A DNA stretch of 64,000 bases from Candidatus Kapaibacterium sp. Its GTDB lineage: Bacteria > Bacteroidota > Ignavibacteria > Kapaibacteriales > UBA2268. The notes under the pieces were generated by a model, which searched no databases, was not told the DNA's origin, and saw nothing but the letters and a program-made list of their open reading frames with translations. The DNA lies in contig JAVSMQ010000001.1 of the NCBI GenBank assembly GCA_032027125.1, positions 2,886,778 through 2,950,777 of the forward strand, in the 5' to 3' direction. The position numbers and the translations under genes are program-made. This document shows, piece after piece, positions 9,183 to 17,726 of this stretch; positions within the stretch are counted from its first letter, which is position 1, and each line of letters begins with the position of its first letter.

Positions 9183-10079
9183 ATGTTATTACCGGATTTT
9201 AATTATCATAAACCAAAGAGTCTGACCGAAGCCTATAAATTATTAGACTCCTGCAGCAACTACGCTTTAATTGCAGGCGGAACTGATTTGCTTGTTGAAA
9301 TGAAAATGGGAAAAAGAAGACATAAGGATTTAATTTCACTGAATAATATTCAGGAATTATGCGGAATTTCTGAAGATGAGGAGTATGTACATATTGGTCC
9401 CGCTGTCACTTTCCGTCAGATTCAACAGTCTGAGATTATCAAAAAATATATACCGGTTCTCATTGATGCAGTTTCAAAAATAGGGTCTCATCAGATAAGA
9501 AATGTGGGAACTATCGGAGGTAATGTATGTACCTGTGCTTCGTGTGCCGATTCAGCACCAATTCTCGCAGCTTATAATGCGGAAGTTGAAGTTGGTTCCA
9601 ATGTTGGAATTAAACGTATGAAACTTACGGATTTTCAATTACATCATCATAAAATCAATATTTCAGGAAGTGAAATTTTAACTAAAATTCTTGTTCCCAA
9701 ACCTAAACCAAATTTTTATGCAAATTTTCAGAAATTCGGACTTCGCGAATCATCTTCAATATCAGTGGCTTCCGTTGCTGTTGGAATTTGGACTGATAAT
9801 TCATTAATTACTGATGCCAATATTGTAGTCGGCGCCTGTGCTCCAACACCGATAAAGTGCAGAAATGCGATGAAGATACTGATTAATACTGATATAAAGG
9901 ATTTGTTTAACGGTTCACCTTTATTAAATGAAATTGTTGAAAATGTATCATCTGACATAACTCCTATTGATGATATCCGAGGTTCGGCAGAATACAGAAA
10001 GGAGTTAGTCAAAACTTTAACTAAAAGAGCTGTTTTGGCTGCTTTAGACAGTTATAAAGCAAAATTCAGAACTAATTGA
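9183..10079 (+). CDS. xanthine dehydrogenase-family FAD-binding subunit (CoxM/XdhB/HcrB-like)
   Basis: 298 aa; molybdopterin-dehydrogenase FAD-binding motif ALIAGGTDLLVEMKMG; CO-dehydrogenase flavoprotein C-terminal domain. Confidence 0.8.
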   Translation: MLLPDFNYHKPKSLTEAYKLLDSCSNYALIAGGTDLLVEMKMGKRRHKDLISLNNIQELCGISEDEEYVHIGPAVTFRQIQQSEIIKKYIPVLIDAVSKIGSHQIRNVGTIGGNVCTCASCADSAPILAAYNAEVEVGSNVGIKRMKLTDFQLHHHKINISGSEILTKILVPKPKPNFYANFQKFGLRESSSISVASVAVGIWTDNSLITDANIVVGACAPTPIKCRNAMKILINTDIKDLFNGSPLLNEIVENVSSDITPIDDIRGSAEYRKELVKTLTKRAVLAALDSYKAKFRTN

Positions 10080-10086
10080 AAAAAAT

Positions 10087-12897
10087 ATGAAACAGATAAT
10101 CAATATAAATGTAAACGGAACAGATTACGAAACTGCCATCAGAACCGGAGCAACTCTTCTTGATTTGCTCAGGGATGAATTGAAATTAACCGGAACAAAA
10201 CGCGGCTGTGACCACGGTGACTGCGGAGCCTGCACCGTGCTTTTGGATGGCAAAGCAGTCAATTCCTGTCTTGTTTTGGCTATAGAAGCAGATGGCAGAC
10301 GGGTTGAAACAATTGAGTCAGTTGCAAACGGTGAAGAACTTCATCCGATTCAAAGAGCCTTTATCGAGAAAGGAGCCATTCAGTGTGGATTTTGTACACC
10401 TGGTATGATAATGAGGGTTAAATCATTTCTGGATGAAAATCCTAATCCGACATTGAATGAAATTAAGCAGGAAATCAGCGGTAATCTGTGCAGATGTACA
10501 GGATATGTTAAAATATTTGAAGCAGTCGAAACCGCAGTTGAATATATGAATGGCAGAACTCCAAAAGAGATAGAATACCAGCCCCAGAAATCAGCGATGA
10601 ATTTATCGGTTGTCGGCAAAAGACTGCCTAAACTTGATGCACCCGATAAGGCTACGGGCAGGGCAATCTATACAGACGATATTTCATTTCCGAATATGCT
10701 GTATGGTAAAACTTTACTCAGCCCGCACCCTCACGCAAGAATCATATCTATAAATACAGAACGTGCAAAGGCATTGCCGGGTGTTAAATTAATACTTACC
10801 GGAGCTGATGTACCGGAATTAACTTATGGAACATCTCCGGCAAGATACGATGAAAATATTCTTGCCAAAGATAAAGTGCGGTTTGTAGGGGATGTTATTG
10901 CTGCAGTTGCTGCGATAGATGAAGAAACCTGTTACAAAGCTCTTAAATTAATTGATGTTGAATATGAATTACTACCTGCGGTTTTTGACCCGTTCGAAGC
11001 TATTCAGGATGGTGCCCCCCGGCTTTTTGATGACAAATATGAGAATAATATAAACACACACGTGGACCATCACTTCGGTGATATTGACCAAGGATTTGCT
11101 GAAGCAGATTATATCCGTGAAGAAAGATTTGTGGGTAACAGAACTTATCAAAATCCGCTAGAGCCTCATTGTGCTATTGCAGAATGGGACAGACACGGCA
11201 GAGTAACACTGCATACATCAACACAGGTTGTCCATTATGTTCATCATCAGTTATCAAGGATTTTAAATATTCCCCTTGGTGATATTCGGGTTATTATGAC
11301 CAATGTCGGCGGCGGATTTGGAGCAAAAGCCGCAACAAATATTCTCGAAGTTTTGTCAATTTTTCTTGCAAGAAAAACCGGACAGCCTGTTAAAATGCGA
11401 TTCACACGAGAAGAGATGTATCTATATGGCAGGGGCAGACATAAACAGTACATTGACCTAAAAATAGGTGTGAAAAATGACGGTCAGATTACGGCAGTAA
11501 AACAAAAAGTTATACTCGAAGGCGGAGCTTATTCAAGTTTCGGAGTTGTTACAACATATTATGCGGGTTCTATGCTCGCAACCCTATATAAATTTGCAAA
11601 TTACAAATATGACGGATATCGCGTAAATACAAATCTGCCTCCCTGCGGTGCATTTCGGGGACACGGCTGTCCTCATCCAAGATTTGCCTTTGAATCATTA
11701 CTGACAATGATAGCCGATGATATCAAAATGGATCCGATTGATATCAGACACAAAAATGCAATGGAACCTGATTATCATACCTGCAACGACCTTGATATTA
11801 ACTCCTGCGAATTGACTGCCTGTCTCGAAAGCGTCAGAGAAAAATCCGGCTGGAATGAAAAAAGAGGCAAATTGCCTTTTGGCAGAGGTATTGGTATTGG
11901 ATGCGGCGGTTTTGTTTCAGGTGCCGGATATCCAATCTACAGGTCACAATTTCCTCATTCCAATGCGATAATCAAAATTGCAGAAGACGGTTCAAAAGCT
12001 GTCCTGCTTATCGGCGATGCAGACATAGGACAAGGTTCGGATACCGTACTTGCACAAGCTGCAGCAGAAGCTATGGGTATTACTTTCGACAGAATCAGCG
12101 TTATTTCAGCCGACAGCGATATTACTCCTGTCGGATTCGGCGCTTATTCCAGCCGTGTTACATTGATGGGCGGTAATGCTTCAAAAATGGCAGGTGAAGA
12201 TATAAGAGAAAAATTACTCATAAAAGCATCGGAAATGATGGGAATTGAAAAAGATAAACTCGCTGTAAAAGAAAATAAAATATATGTTATTGATGAGCCG
12301 GAAAAGTTCCTTCAATGGGACAAAGTTGCAAATGAATATTTTTCTAAACAAGGACCCCTGATTGGTGCAGGGCACTATTCACCACCTGAAGGATTGGGAG
12401 GAACCTATAAAGGTGCTGCCGTAGGGACTTCCCCGGCATATTCATTTTCAGCCTCTGTTTGCGAAGTTGAAGTTGATGTCGAGACAGGGAAAGTTAAAGT
12501 TTTGAATTTCTGGGATGCACACGATTGCGGGACGGCTGTCAATCCACTGAATGTCGAAGGACAGGTTGACGGAGCAGCGGTTATGGGTATGAGTGAAACA
12601 TTATTTGAAAATCAGGTTTTTGACAATAACGGGCGTATGTTAAATCCCGATTTGCATAACTATCTGATTGCAACCAGCGCAGATACTCCTGAGATTCAAT
12701 CTGTAATCGTGGATAGTTACGAGCCGGCAGGTCCTTTCGGAGCCAAGGAAGTCGGTGAAGGTGCCTCCCTGCCGATTCTGGGAGCCATAGCAAATGCAAT
12801 TGAAGACGCAGTTGGTGTTAGGATTAAAGAATTGCCGATAACACCTGAAAAAATTCTCAAGGCGATTAGAGAAAGGCAAAGGAATTCTGAATGCTGA
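10087..12897 (+). CDS. xanthine dehydrogenase / aldehyde oxidase-family molybdoenzyme, fused [2Fe-2S] small subunit + molybdopterin-binding large subunit
   Basis: 936 aa; N-terminus has the GCDHGDCGACTV...CGFCTPGM...CRCTGY 2Fe-2S motifs, followed by the Ald_Xan_dh large-subunit domains; the stop lies inside a heptamer repeat. Confidence 0.85.
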   Translation: MKQIININVNGTDYETAIRTGATLLDLLRDELKLTGTKRGCDHGDCGACTVLLDGKAVNSCLVLAIEADGRRVETIESVANGEELHPIQRAFIEKGAIQCGFCTPGMIMRVKSFLDENPNPTLNEIKQEISGNLCRCTGYVKIFEAVETAVEYMNGRTPKEIEYQPQKSAMNLSVVGKRLPKLDAPDKATGRAIYTDDISFPNMLYGKTLLSPHPHARIISINTERAKALPGVKLILTGADVPELTYGTSPARYDENILAKDKVRFVGDVIAAVAAIDEETCYKALKLIDVEYELLPAVFDPFEAIQDGAPRLFDDKYENNINTHVDHHFGDIDQGFAEADYIREERFVGNRTYQNPLEPHCAIAEWDRHGRVTLHTSTQVVHYVHHQLSRILNIPLGDIRVIMTNVGGGFGAKAATNILEVLSIFLARKTGQPVKMRFTREEMYLYGRGRHKQYIDLKIGVKNDGQITAVKQKVILEGGAYSSFGVVTTYYAGSMLATLYKFANYKYDGYRVNTNLPPCGAFRGHGCPHPRFAFESLLTMIADDIKMDPIDIRHKNAMEPDYHTCNDLDINSCELTACLESVREKSGWNEKRGKLPFGRGIGIGCGGFVSGAGYPIYRSQFPHSNAIIKIAEDGSKAVLLIGDADIGQGSDTVLAQAAAEAMGITFDRISVISADSDITPVGFGAYSSRVTLMGGNASKMAGEDIREKLLIKASEMMGIEKDKLAVKENKIYVIDEPEKFLQWDKVANEYFSKQGPLIGAGHYSPPEGLGGTYKGAAVGTSPAYSFSASVCEVEVDVETGKVKVLNFWDAHDCGTAVNPLNVEGQVDGAAVMGMSETLFENQVFDNNGRMLNPDLHNYLIATSADTPEIQSVIVDSYEPAGPFGAKEVGEGASLPILGAIANAIEDAVGVRIKELPITPEKILKAIRERQRNSEC

Positions 12898-12958
12898 GTT
12901 CTGAATGATGAGTTATGAATGCTGAATGTTGAATTATGAATGATGAATGATAAGAATT
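12882..12958. repeat. heptanucleotide tandem array (same family)
   Basis: ggaattctgaatgctgagttctgaatgatgagttatgaatgctgaatgttgaattatgaatgatgaatg. Confidence 0.85.
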
Positions 12959-13001
12959 AAGTCAATTTGAATTTTAAAAATATATTATTTGATTATATAG
13001 A

Positions 13002-14072
13002 TTGGAGAAAAATATGACTGATAAAATTTATCAATGGCAAATGAAGGAATTAAAAATGCCATTTGAACTTGTTGAATCAAATGTTCCGAAGATTAATGAT
13101 ACTGAAGTTTTGGTTAAGATAGCCGGCTGCGGTGTCTGCCATACCGATTTGAGTTTTTGGCACTTTGGAGTACCTACAAAACAAGAACTGCCACTAACAT
13201 TAGGTCACGAAATTTCAGGTGAAGTAGTTATCGGACCTGCAGAATGGCTTGGGAAAAAAGTAATTATTCCGGCTGTTCTGCCTTGCGGCGAATGTGAGCT
13301 TTGTAAAAGAGGAAGAGGAAATATGTGCCAGAAACAACTGATGCCCGGAAATGATTTCCACGGCGGATTTTCTTCGCATATCAAAGTTCCTTACAAAAAT
13401 CTGTGTGTTGTTCCTGATAAAGCTCTTGAAATATATTCTCTCGAGCAATTGGCGGTTATTGCTGATGCTGTAACAACTCCTTATCAGGTTTTGAAGAAAT
13501 CCGAACTTGAACCCGGAGATTTTGTAATTTGTATCGGTGCAGGCGGTGTTGGCATTTACGGTGCATTGCTTGCAAAAATTATGGGCGGCAGGGTTCTTTC
13601 GATTGATATTGATGACACAAAATTAAATATAGCAAAAGAAAATGGCATTGATGCTGTTTTAAATATCAAAGATTTGAATATCAAAGAAATTAAAGACAAA
13701 GTTAAAGATATAGCCAAGGAACTCGGAGTTTCCCGTTATATGTGGAAAATTTTAGAAATGTCCGGTACTAAAGCCGGTCAGGAATTGGGCTTCGCTTTAC
13801 TGAATTTTGCAGGCACATTGTCTGTTGTAGGTTTTACTCTTGAAAAGTTGGAATTAAGATTAAGTAATCTTATGGCTTTTGATGCTAAAATAATCGGTAC
13901 CTGGGGATGTAAACCGGAATTATATCCTGAAGTTGTTGAGATGGTTTCTTCCGGAAAATTGAATATTTCTCCTTTTGTACAAACTTTTCCAATGTCTCAA
14001 ATAAACGAGGTGTTCAGTAATACACTTGCACATAAATATACAAAGCGTTCTGTAATGGTTGCAGATTTTTAA
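13002..14072 (+). CDS. Zn-dependent medium-chain alcohol dehydrogenase; candidate 6-hydroxycyclohex-1-ene-1-carbonyl-CoA dehydrogenase (Had)
   Basis: 356 aa; GCGVCHTDL...GHEISGEV catalytic-zinc motif, structural-zinc Cys cluster CGECELCKRG...C, and GAGGVG Rossmann; the Had assignment rests only on context next to the oah and dch candidates. Confidence 0.75.
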   Translation: MEKNMTDKIYQWQMKELKMPFELVESNVPKINDTEVLVKIAGCGVCHTDLSFWHFGVPTKQELPLTLGHEISGEVVIGPAEWLGKKVIIPAVLPCGECELCKRGRGNMCQKQLMPGNDFHGGFSSHIKVPYKNLCVVPDKALEIYSLEQLAVIADAVTTPYQVLKKSELEPGDFVICIGAGGVGIYGALLAKIMGGRVLSIDIDDTKLNIAKENGIDAVLNIKDLNIKEIKDKVKDIAKELGVSRYMWKILEMSGTKAGQELGFALLNFAGTLSVVGFTLEKLELRLSNLMAFDAKIIGTWGCKPELYPEVVEMVSSGKLNISPFVQTFPMSQINEVFSNTLAHKYTKRSVMVADF

Positions 14073-14105
14073 GTAATTGATTGATAAATAATAAAAGGTC
14101 TAAAT

Positions 14106-15191
14106 ATGTTAGTATCACACAATCTTGTTGATAATATAGTTTTTGATGATGTACTGTATGATTTAAAGCCTTGTCTTGATAATTCGGGAAATCCGGTTGA
14201 AGGGATTTATAATGCCTGGATTACACTTAATAATCCAACCCAGTTCAATTCTTATACAACCGGTATGGTGAAGAAAGTTATACTGGCTATGCGTCAGGCA
14301 TCAAATGACAGACGTGTTTCTTCAGTAATTTTTACCGCAGCAGGCGACAAAGCATTTTGTACCGGCGGTAATGTTAAGGAATATGCGGAATATTACGCAT
14401 CTAATCCTCAGGAATACAAACAGTATATGCGGTTATTCAATGATATGGTTTCGTCAATTCTTATGAACGACAAGCCTGTTATTTGCAGAGTTAACGGAAT
14501 GAGAATCGGCGGAGGACAGGAAATCGGTATGGCTTGTGATTTTAGTATAGCTCAGGATTTTGCAAGATTCGGTCAGGCAGGACCGAAGCACGGAAGCGCT
14601 CCTGATGGAGGCTCGACAGATTTTCTGCCATTATTTGTCGGAATTGAAAATGCTATGTACTCATGTACTGCGTGTGACCCATGGTCTGCTCACGAAGCAT
14701 TACGTTACGGACTTTTGACCGAAGTCACTCCATCTTTGAAAGTTAACGGAGAATTTGTACCCAATCCTATGGTATATGTTGATAAATGGGTTGATGGATC
14801 CGGTAATATAGTATATGGAAAAATGAAATCAGGCGACGATTTGACAAATGCTAAAGCTCTTGTAAAATCAGGTGAAATTGATTTGGCTCTTCTTGATAAA
14901 GCTGTTGAAAAACTTGCTACCAAACTAATGCTATTGATGCCAAACTGCCTTAGCAAAACATTGAATTCACTGCGTAAACACAAACTTGCTCATTGGGATA
15001 TGAACAAGGAAAGTAACCGCGACTGGCTTGCTCTTAATATGATGACCGAGGCAAAAGCAGGTTTCCGTGCTTTCAATGACGGTCCGAAAGATAACCGTGA
15101 ATGTGATTTTATCCTTTTGAGACAATTACTCGCCCAGGGTCATGAATGGAACGATGAACTAATAAAGAAAATTTCTCCTCAAAGTATTTAA
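14106..15191 (+). CDS. bamA: 6-oxocyclohex-1-ene-1-carbonyl-CoA hydrolase (Oah/BamA), crotonase superfamily
   Basis: 361 aa, an unusually long crotonase; contains QFNSYTTGMV, GQEIGMACDF and FGQAGPKHG, which correspond to the conserved peptides targeted by published oah/bamA primers as I recall them (QYNSYTTxMV, QEIGM, FGQAGPKHG); the crotonase oxyanion motif AAGDKAFCTGGN. Confidence 0.7.
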   Translation: MLVSHNLVDNIVFDDVLYDLKPCLDNSGNPVEGIYNAWITLNNPTQFNSYTTGMVKKVILAMRQASNDRRVSSVIFTAAGDKAFCTGGNVKEYAEYYASNPQEYKQYMRLFNDMVSSILMNDKPVICRVNGMRIGGGQEIGMACDFSIAQDFARFGQAGPKHGSAPDGGSTDFLPLFVGIENAMYSCTACDPWSAHEALRYGLLTEVTPSLKVNGEFVPNPMVYVDKWVDGSGNIVYGKMKSGDDLTNAKALVKSGEIDLALLDKAVEKLATKLMLLMPNCLSKTLNSLRKHKLAHWDMNKESNRDWLALNMMTEAKAGFRAFNDGPKDNRECDFILLRQLLAQGHEWNDELIKKISPQSI

Positions 15192-15204
15192 TCAGGATTA
15201 AAAT

Positions 15205-15978
15205 ATGAATAAAATTCAATTGAATTATACTCACGATGGCGCTGTAGCTCAAATCATATTAAACGACGGCAGGGGAAATGTACTTGATGCCGCTATGATG
15301 AGCGAACTCCACGACGTATTTGGACATCTAAAAAATAATAATGACATAAAGCTTATTACTTTTGAAGGTGCCGGAAAGCATTTTTCTTATGGTGCAAGTG
15401 TCGAAGAACATACGAAAAGTAATTGTGCAGAGATGCTTAAATCCTTTCACAGGCTTTTTTATGAAATAATTGAAATGTCAATACCGACAATGGCAAAAAT
15501 TTCAGGTCAGTGTCTCGGAGGTGGTTTGGAACTCGCTCTTGCCTGCAATTTTCTCTTTGCCGACAAATCAGCATTTATGGGCCAGCCGGAAATTATGCTT
15601 GGCGTTTTTGCTCCTCCCGCCTCATTGATGCTGCCATTGAAAATCGGGCTGGCACATGCGGAAGAATTACTTTTAACAGGAATCAGTTTTGACGCTTCAA
15701 GAGCAAAGGATATGGGATTATTGAATGATGTATTTGAAGATAAGGAAGAAATGGAGTCAGCTTTAGATATCTGGATAACTAAAAATATCTGTAAAAAAAG
15801 TGCATCATCGCTGAAATATGCCGTTAGAGCCGGAAGAAAGATTTTCAATGAAACAATTCTTTCACAATTGCCTGAATTAGAGAAAATTTATATCGGACAA
15901 TTGATGGAAACCTTTGATGCAAATGAAGGCATTAATTCATTCATTGAGAAAAGAAAACCCGATTGGAAGAATTGCTGA
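15205..15978 (+). CDS. enoyl-CoA hydratase (crotonase); candidate cyclohexa-1,5-diene-1-carbonyl-CoA hydratase (Dch)
   Basis: 257 aa; typical crotonase length; FEGAGKHFSYGASVEEH; directly downstream of the oah candidate. Confidence 0.7.
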   Translation: MNKIQLNYTHDGAVAQIILNDGRGNVLDAAMMSELHDVFGHLKNNNDIKLITFEGAGKHFSYGASVEEHTKSNCAEMLKSFHRLFYEIIEMSIPTMAKISGQCLGGGLELALACNFLFADKSAFMGQPEIMLGVFAPPASLMLPLKIGLAHAEELLLTGISFDASRAKDMGLLNDVFEDKEEMESALDIWITKNICKKSASSLKYAVRAGRKIFNETILSQLPELEKIYIGQLMETFDANEGINSFIEKRKPDWKNC

Positions 15979-16052
15979 TTATTTATTTTGATTTACAATC
16001 AACAAAATCAACTCAAAATATATCTTTGAGTTGATTTTGTGTTTATAAATCC

Positions 16053-17213
16053 TCACTCATAAGCAGCAATGCCGGTGATTGCCTGTCCAAGAATGAGTGT
16101 ATGAATATCGTGAGTTCCTTCATAAGTACGGACTGATTCAAGATTAGCTGAATGACGCATCACAGGATACTCGTTTAGTATGCCGTTTGCACCATGAATA
16201 TCACGAGAAATTCGGGCGCACTGAAGAGCTATGTCAACATTATTTCGTTTTGCAAATGAAACCTGCTGGGGAGTTGCCTTGTGAGCATCCATCAAAGCAG
16301 CTAATCTGTGGTTTACAAGCTGGGCTTTTGTGATTTCAGTAAGCATCCAGACTAATTTTTCTTGTACAAGCTGAAATGATGCAATTGGCTTGCCGAATTG
16401 AATTCTTGACTTTGCATAATTCACAGCCGATTCATAGACAGCAATTGCAGCACCGACAGCACCCCAGGCTATGCCGTATCTTGCTTGAGTCAGACAACTC
16501 AATGGTCCTTTTATGCCTTTAATATTTAAAATATTCTGTTCAGGGATTTCGCAGTCCTGAAATATTAATTCCGATGTAACTGACGCCCTTAGAGAATGTT
16601 TTCCCTTCATAATGGGTGCAGTAAAACCCGGAGTTCCTTTTTCGACGATAAAACCGCGAATCTCTCCGTCCAACTTTGCCCATACTACCGCAACATCGGC
16701 AACAGTTCCGTTTGTAATCCACATTTTAGCACCATTGAGCAAATATCCGCCGGATGTCTTTTTAGCATTAGTAATCATTCCGCTTGGATTTGAACCGAAA
16801 TCCGGCTCGGTAAGTCCGAAGCAGCCGATTGCCTTTGCTGCAGCAAGTTTGGGAAGCCAGAATTTTTTCAGTTCTTCATCTGCATATTTAAAAATTGGGT
16901 ACATAACAAGGGAACTCTGCACCGAAGCGAATGACCTTACAGCAGAATCACCCCGTTCGAGTTCGAGCATTGCCAAACCATACATCAGATAGCTTGAGCC
17001 GGCACCGCCGTACTCTTCAGGAATTGTAATTCCGAAAACTCCAAGGTCTGCAAGTTTGGATGTGATTTCTGCAGGATATGTCCCGTCAAGGAAATGCTGC
17101 TCTATAACAGGTAAAACTTCATTATCAACAAACTCTCTCAATGTATCGGTAAATAATATTTCTTCTTCTGTAAGAAGCTCGTTGATATTATAAAAATCTG
17201 TTATATTTAACAT
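16053..17213 (-). CDS. gcdH: glutaryl-CoA dehydrogenase (acyl-CoA dehydrogenase family)
   Basis: 386 aa; C-terminus TYEGTHDIHTLILGQAITGIAAYE matches the GCDH-specific signature (TYEGTHDIHALILGRAITG); LTEPDFGSNPSGM region. Confidence 0.8.
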   Translation of the reverse strand: MLNITDFYNINELLTEEEILFTDTLREFVDNEVLPVIEQHFLDGTYPAEITSKLADLGVFGITIPEEYGGAGSSYLMYGLAMLELERGDSAVRSFASVQSSLVMYPIFKYADEELKKFWLPKLAAAKAIGCFGLTEPDFGSNPSGMITNAKKTSGGYLLNGAKMWITNGTVADVAVVWAKLDGEIRGFIVEKGTPGFTAPIMKGKHSLRASVTSELIFQDCEIPEQNILNIKGIKGPLSCLTQARYGIAWGAVGAAIAVYESAVNYAKSRIQFGKPIASFQLVQEKLVWMLTEITKAQLVNHRLAALMDAHKATPQQVSFAKRNNVDIALQCARISRDIHGANGILNEYPVMRHSANLESVRTYEGTHDIHTLILGQAITGIAAYE

Positions 17214-17522
17214 TTCAACATTCCTAAAATATTTAATAAATATGCTATATCTGAAAATCTAAGTTCACACCTTGGAAAGATAACTTAAATAGTAATTTTT
17301 GCATTGGATTACACAACAAAAATATAGTAAAAAAAACACCTTCCAAGTGTTTAGTAAAAATACAAAAAAAATATCATAAATCAAAACCTGATTTGGTTTT
17401 ATCGTGTATTATTCAATCTATATTAAAATATTTCCGATTAAGAATGTTACCTTTTCTTCACTAACAATGCAGCGGGTTTTAGTTATCTAAGAGTCTGTTG
17501 ATAAAGTAATAATGTTAGGTAT

Positions 17523-17604
17523 GTCAGTCTGAGCGGAGTCGAAGACTGATTTAATAACCTGCTATTAGCGCATATATTACACTTCGACTTCGCTCAGTGT
17601 GACA
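17523..17604. other. long imperfect inverted repeat (22-nt arms, 19/22 paired, 38-nt loop)
   Basis: gtcagtctgagcggagtcgaag ... cttcgacttcgctcagtgtgac; intergenic between gcdH and the T9SS paralog. Confidence 0.6.
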
Positions 17605-17663
17605 ATCAAGTAGAATTGGAATAAGAAAATACTTTTTCAACAGACTACTAATATTATATCACA

Positions 17664-17697
17664 TAAAAAAAGCCCCGTCTGATTATAGTCGGGGCTT
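17664..17697 (-). terminator. rho-independent terminator of the 17727..19805 gene
   Basis: on the minus strand: agccccgacuauaaucagacggggcu followed by UUUUUUU. Confidence 0.7.
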
Positions 17698-17726
17698 CTA
17701 ATAATACTAAAAAGTATTTTCTGAGA

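Noticed and set aside
11901-12176. 91-aa Arg/Cys-rich ORF
   Set aside because: Alternative frame inside the XDH large-subunit gene; a compositional artefact.
16540-16992. Plus-strand ORFs of 65-126 aa
   Set aside because: Antisense to glutaryl-CoA dehydrogenase; no support.
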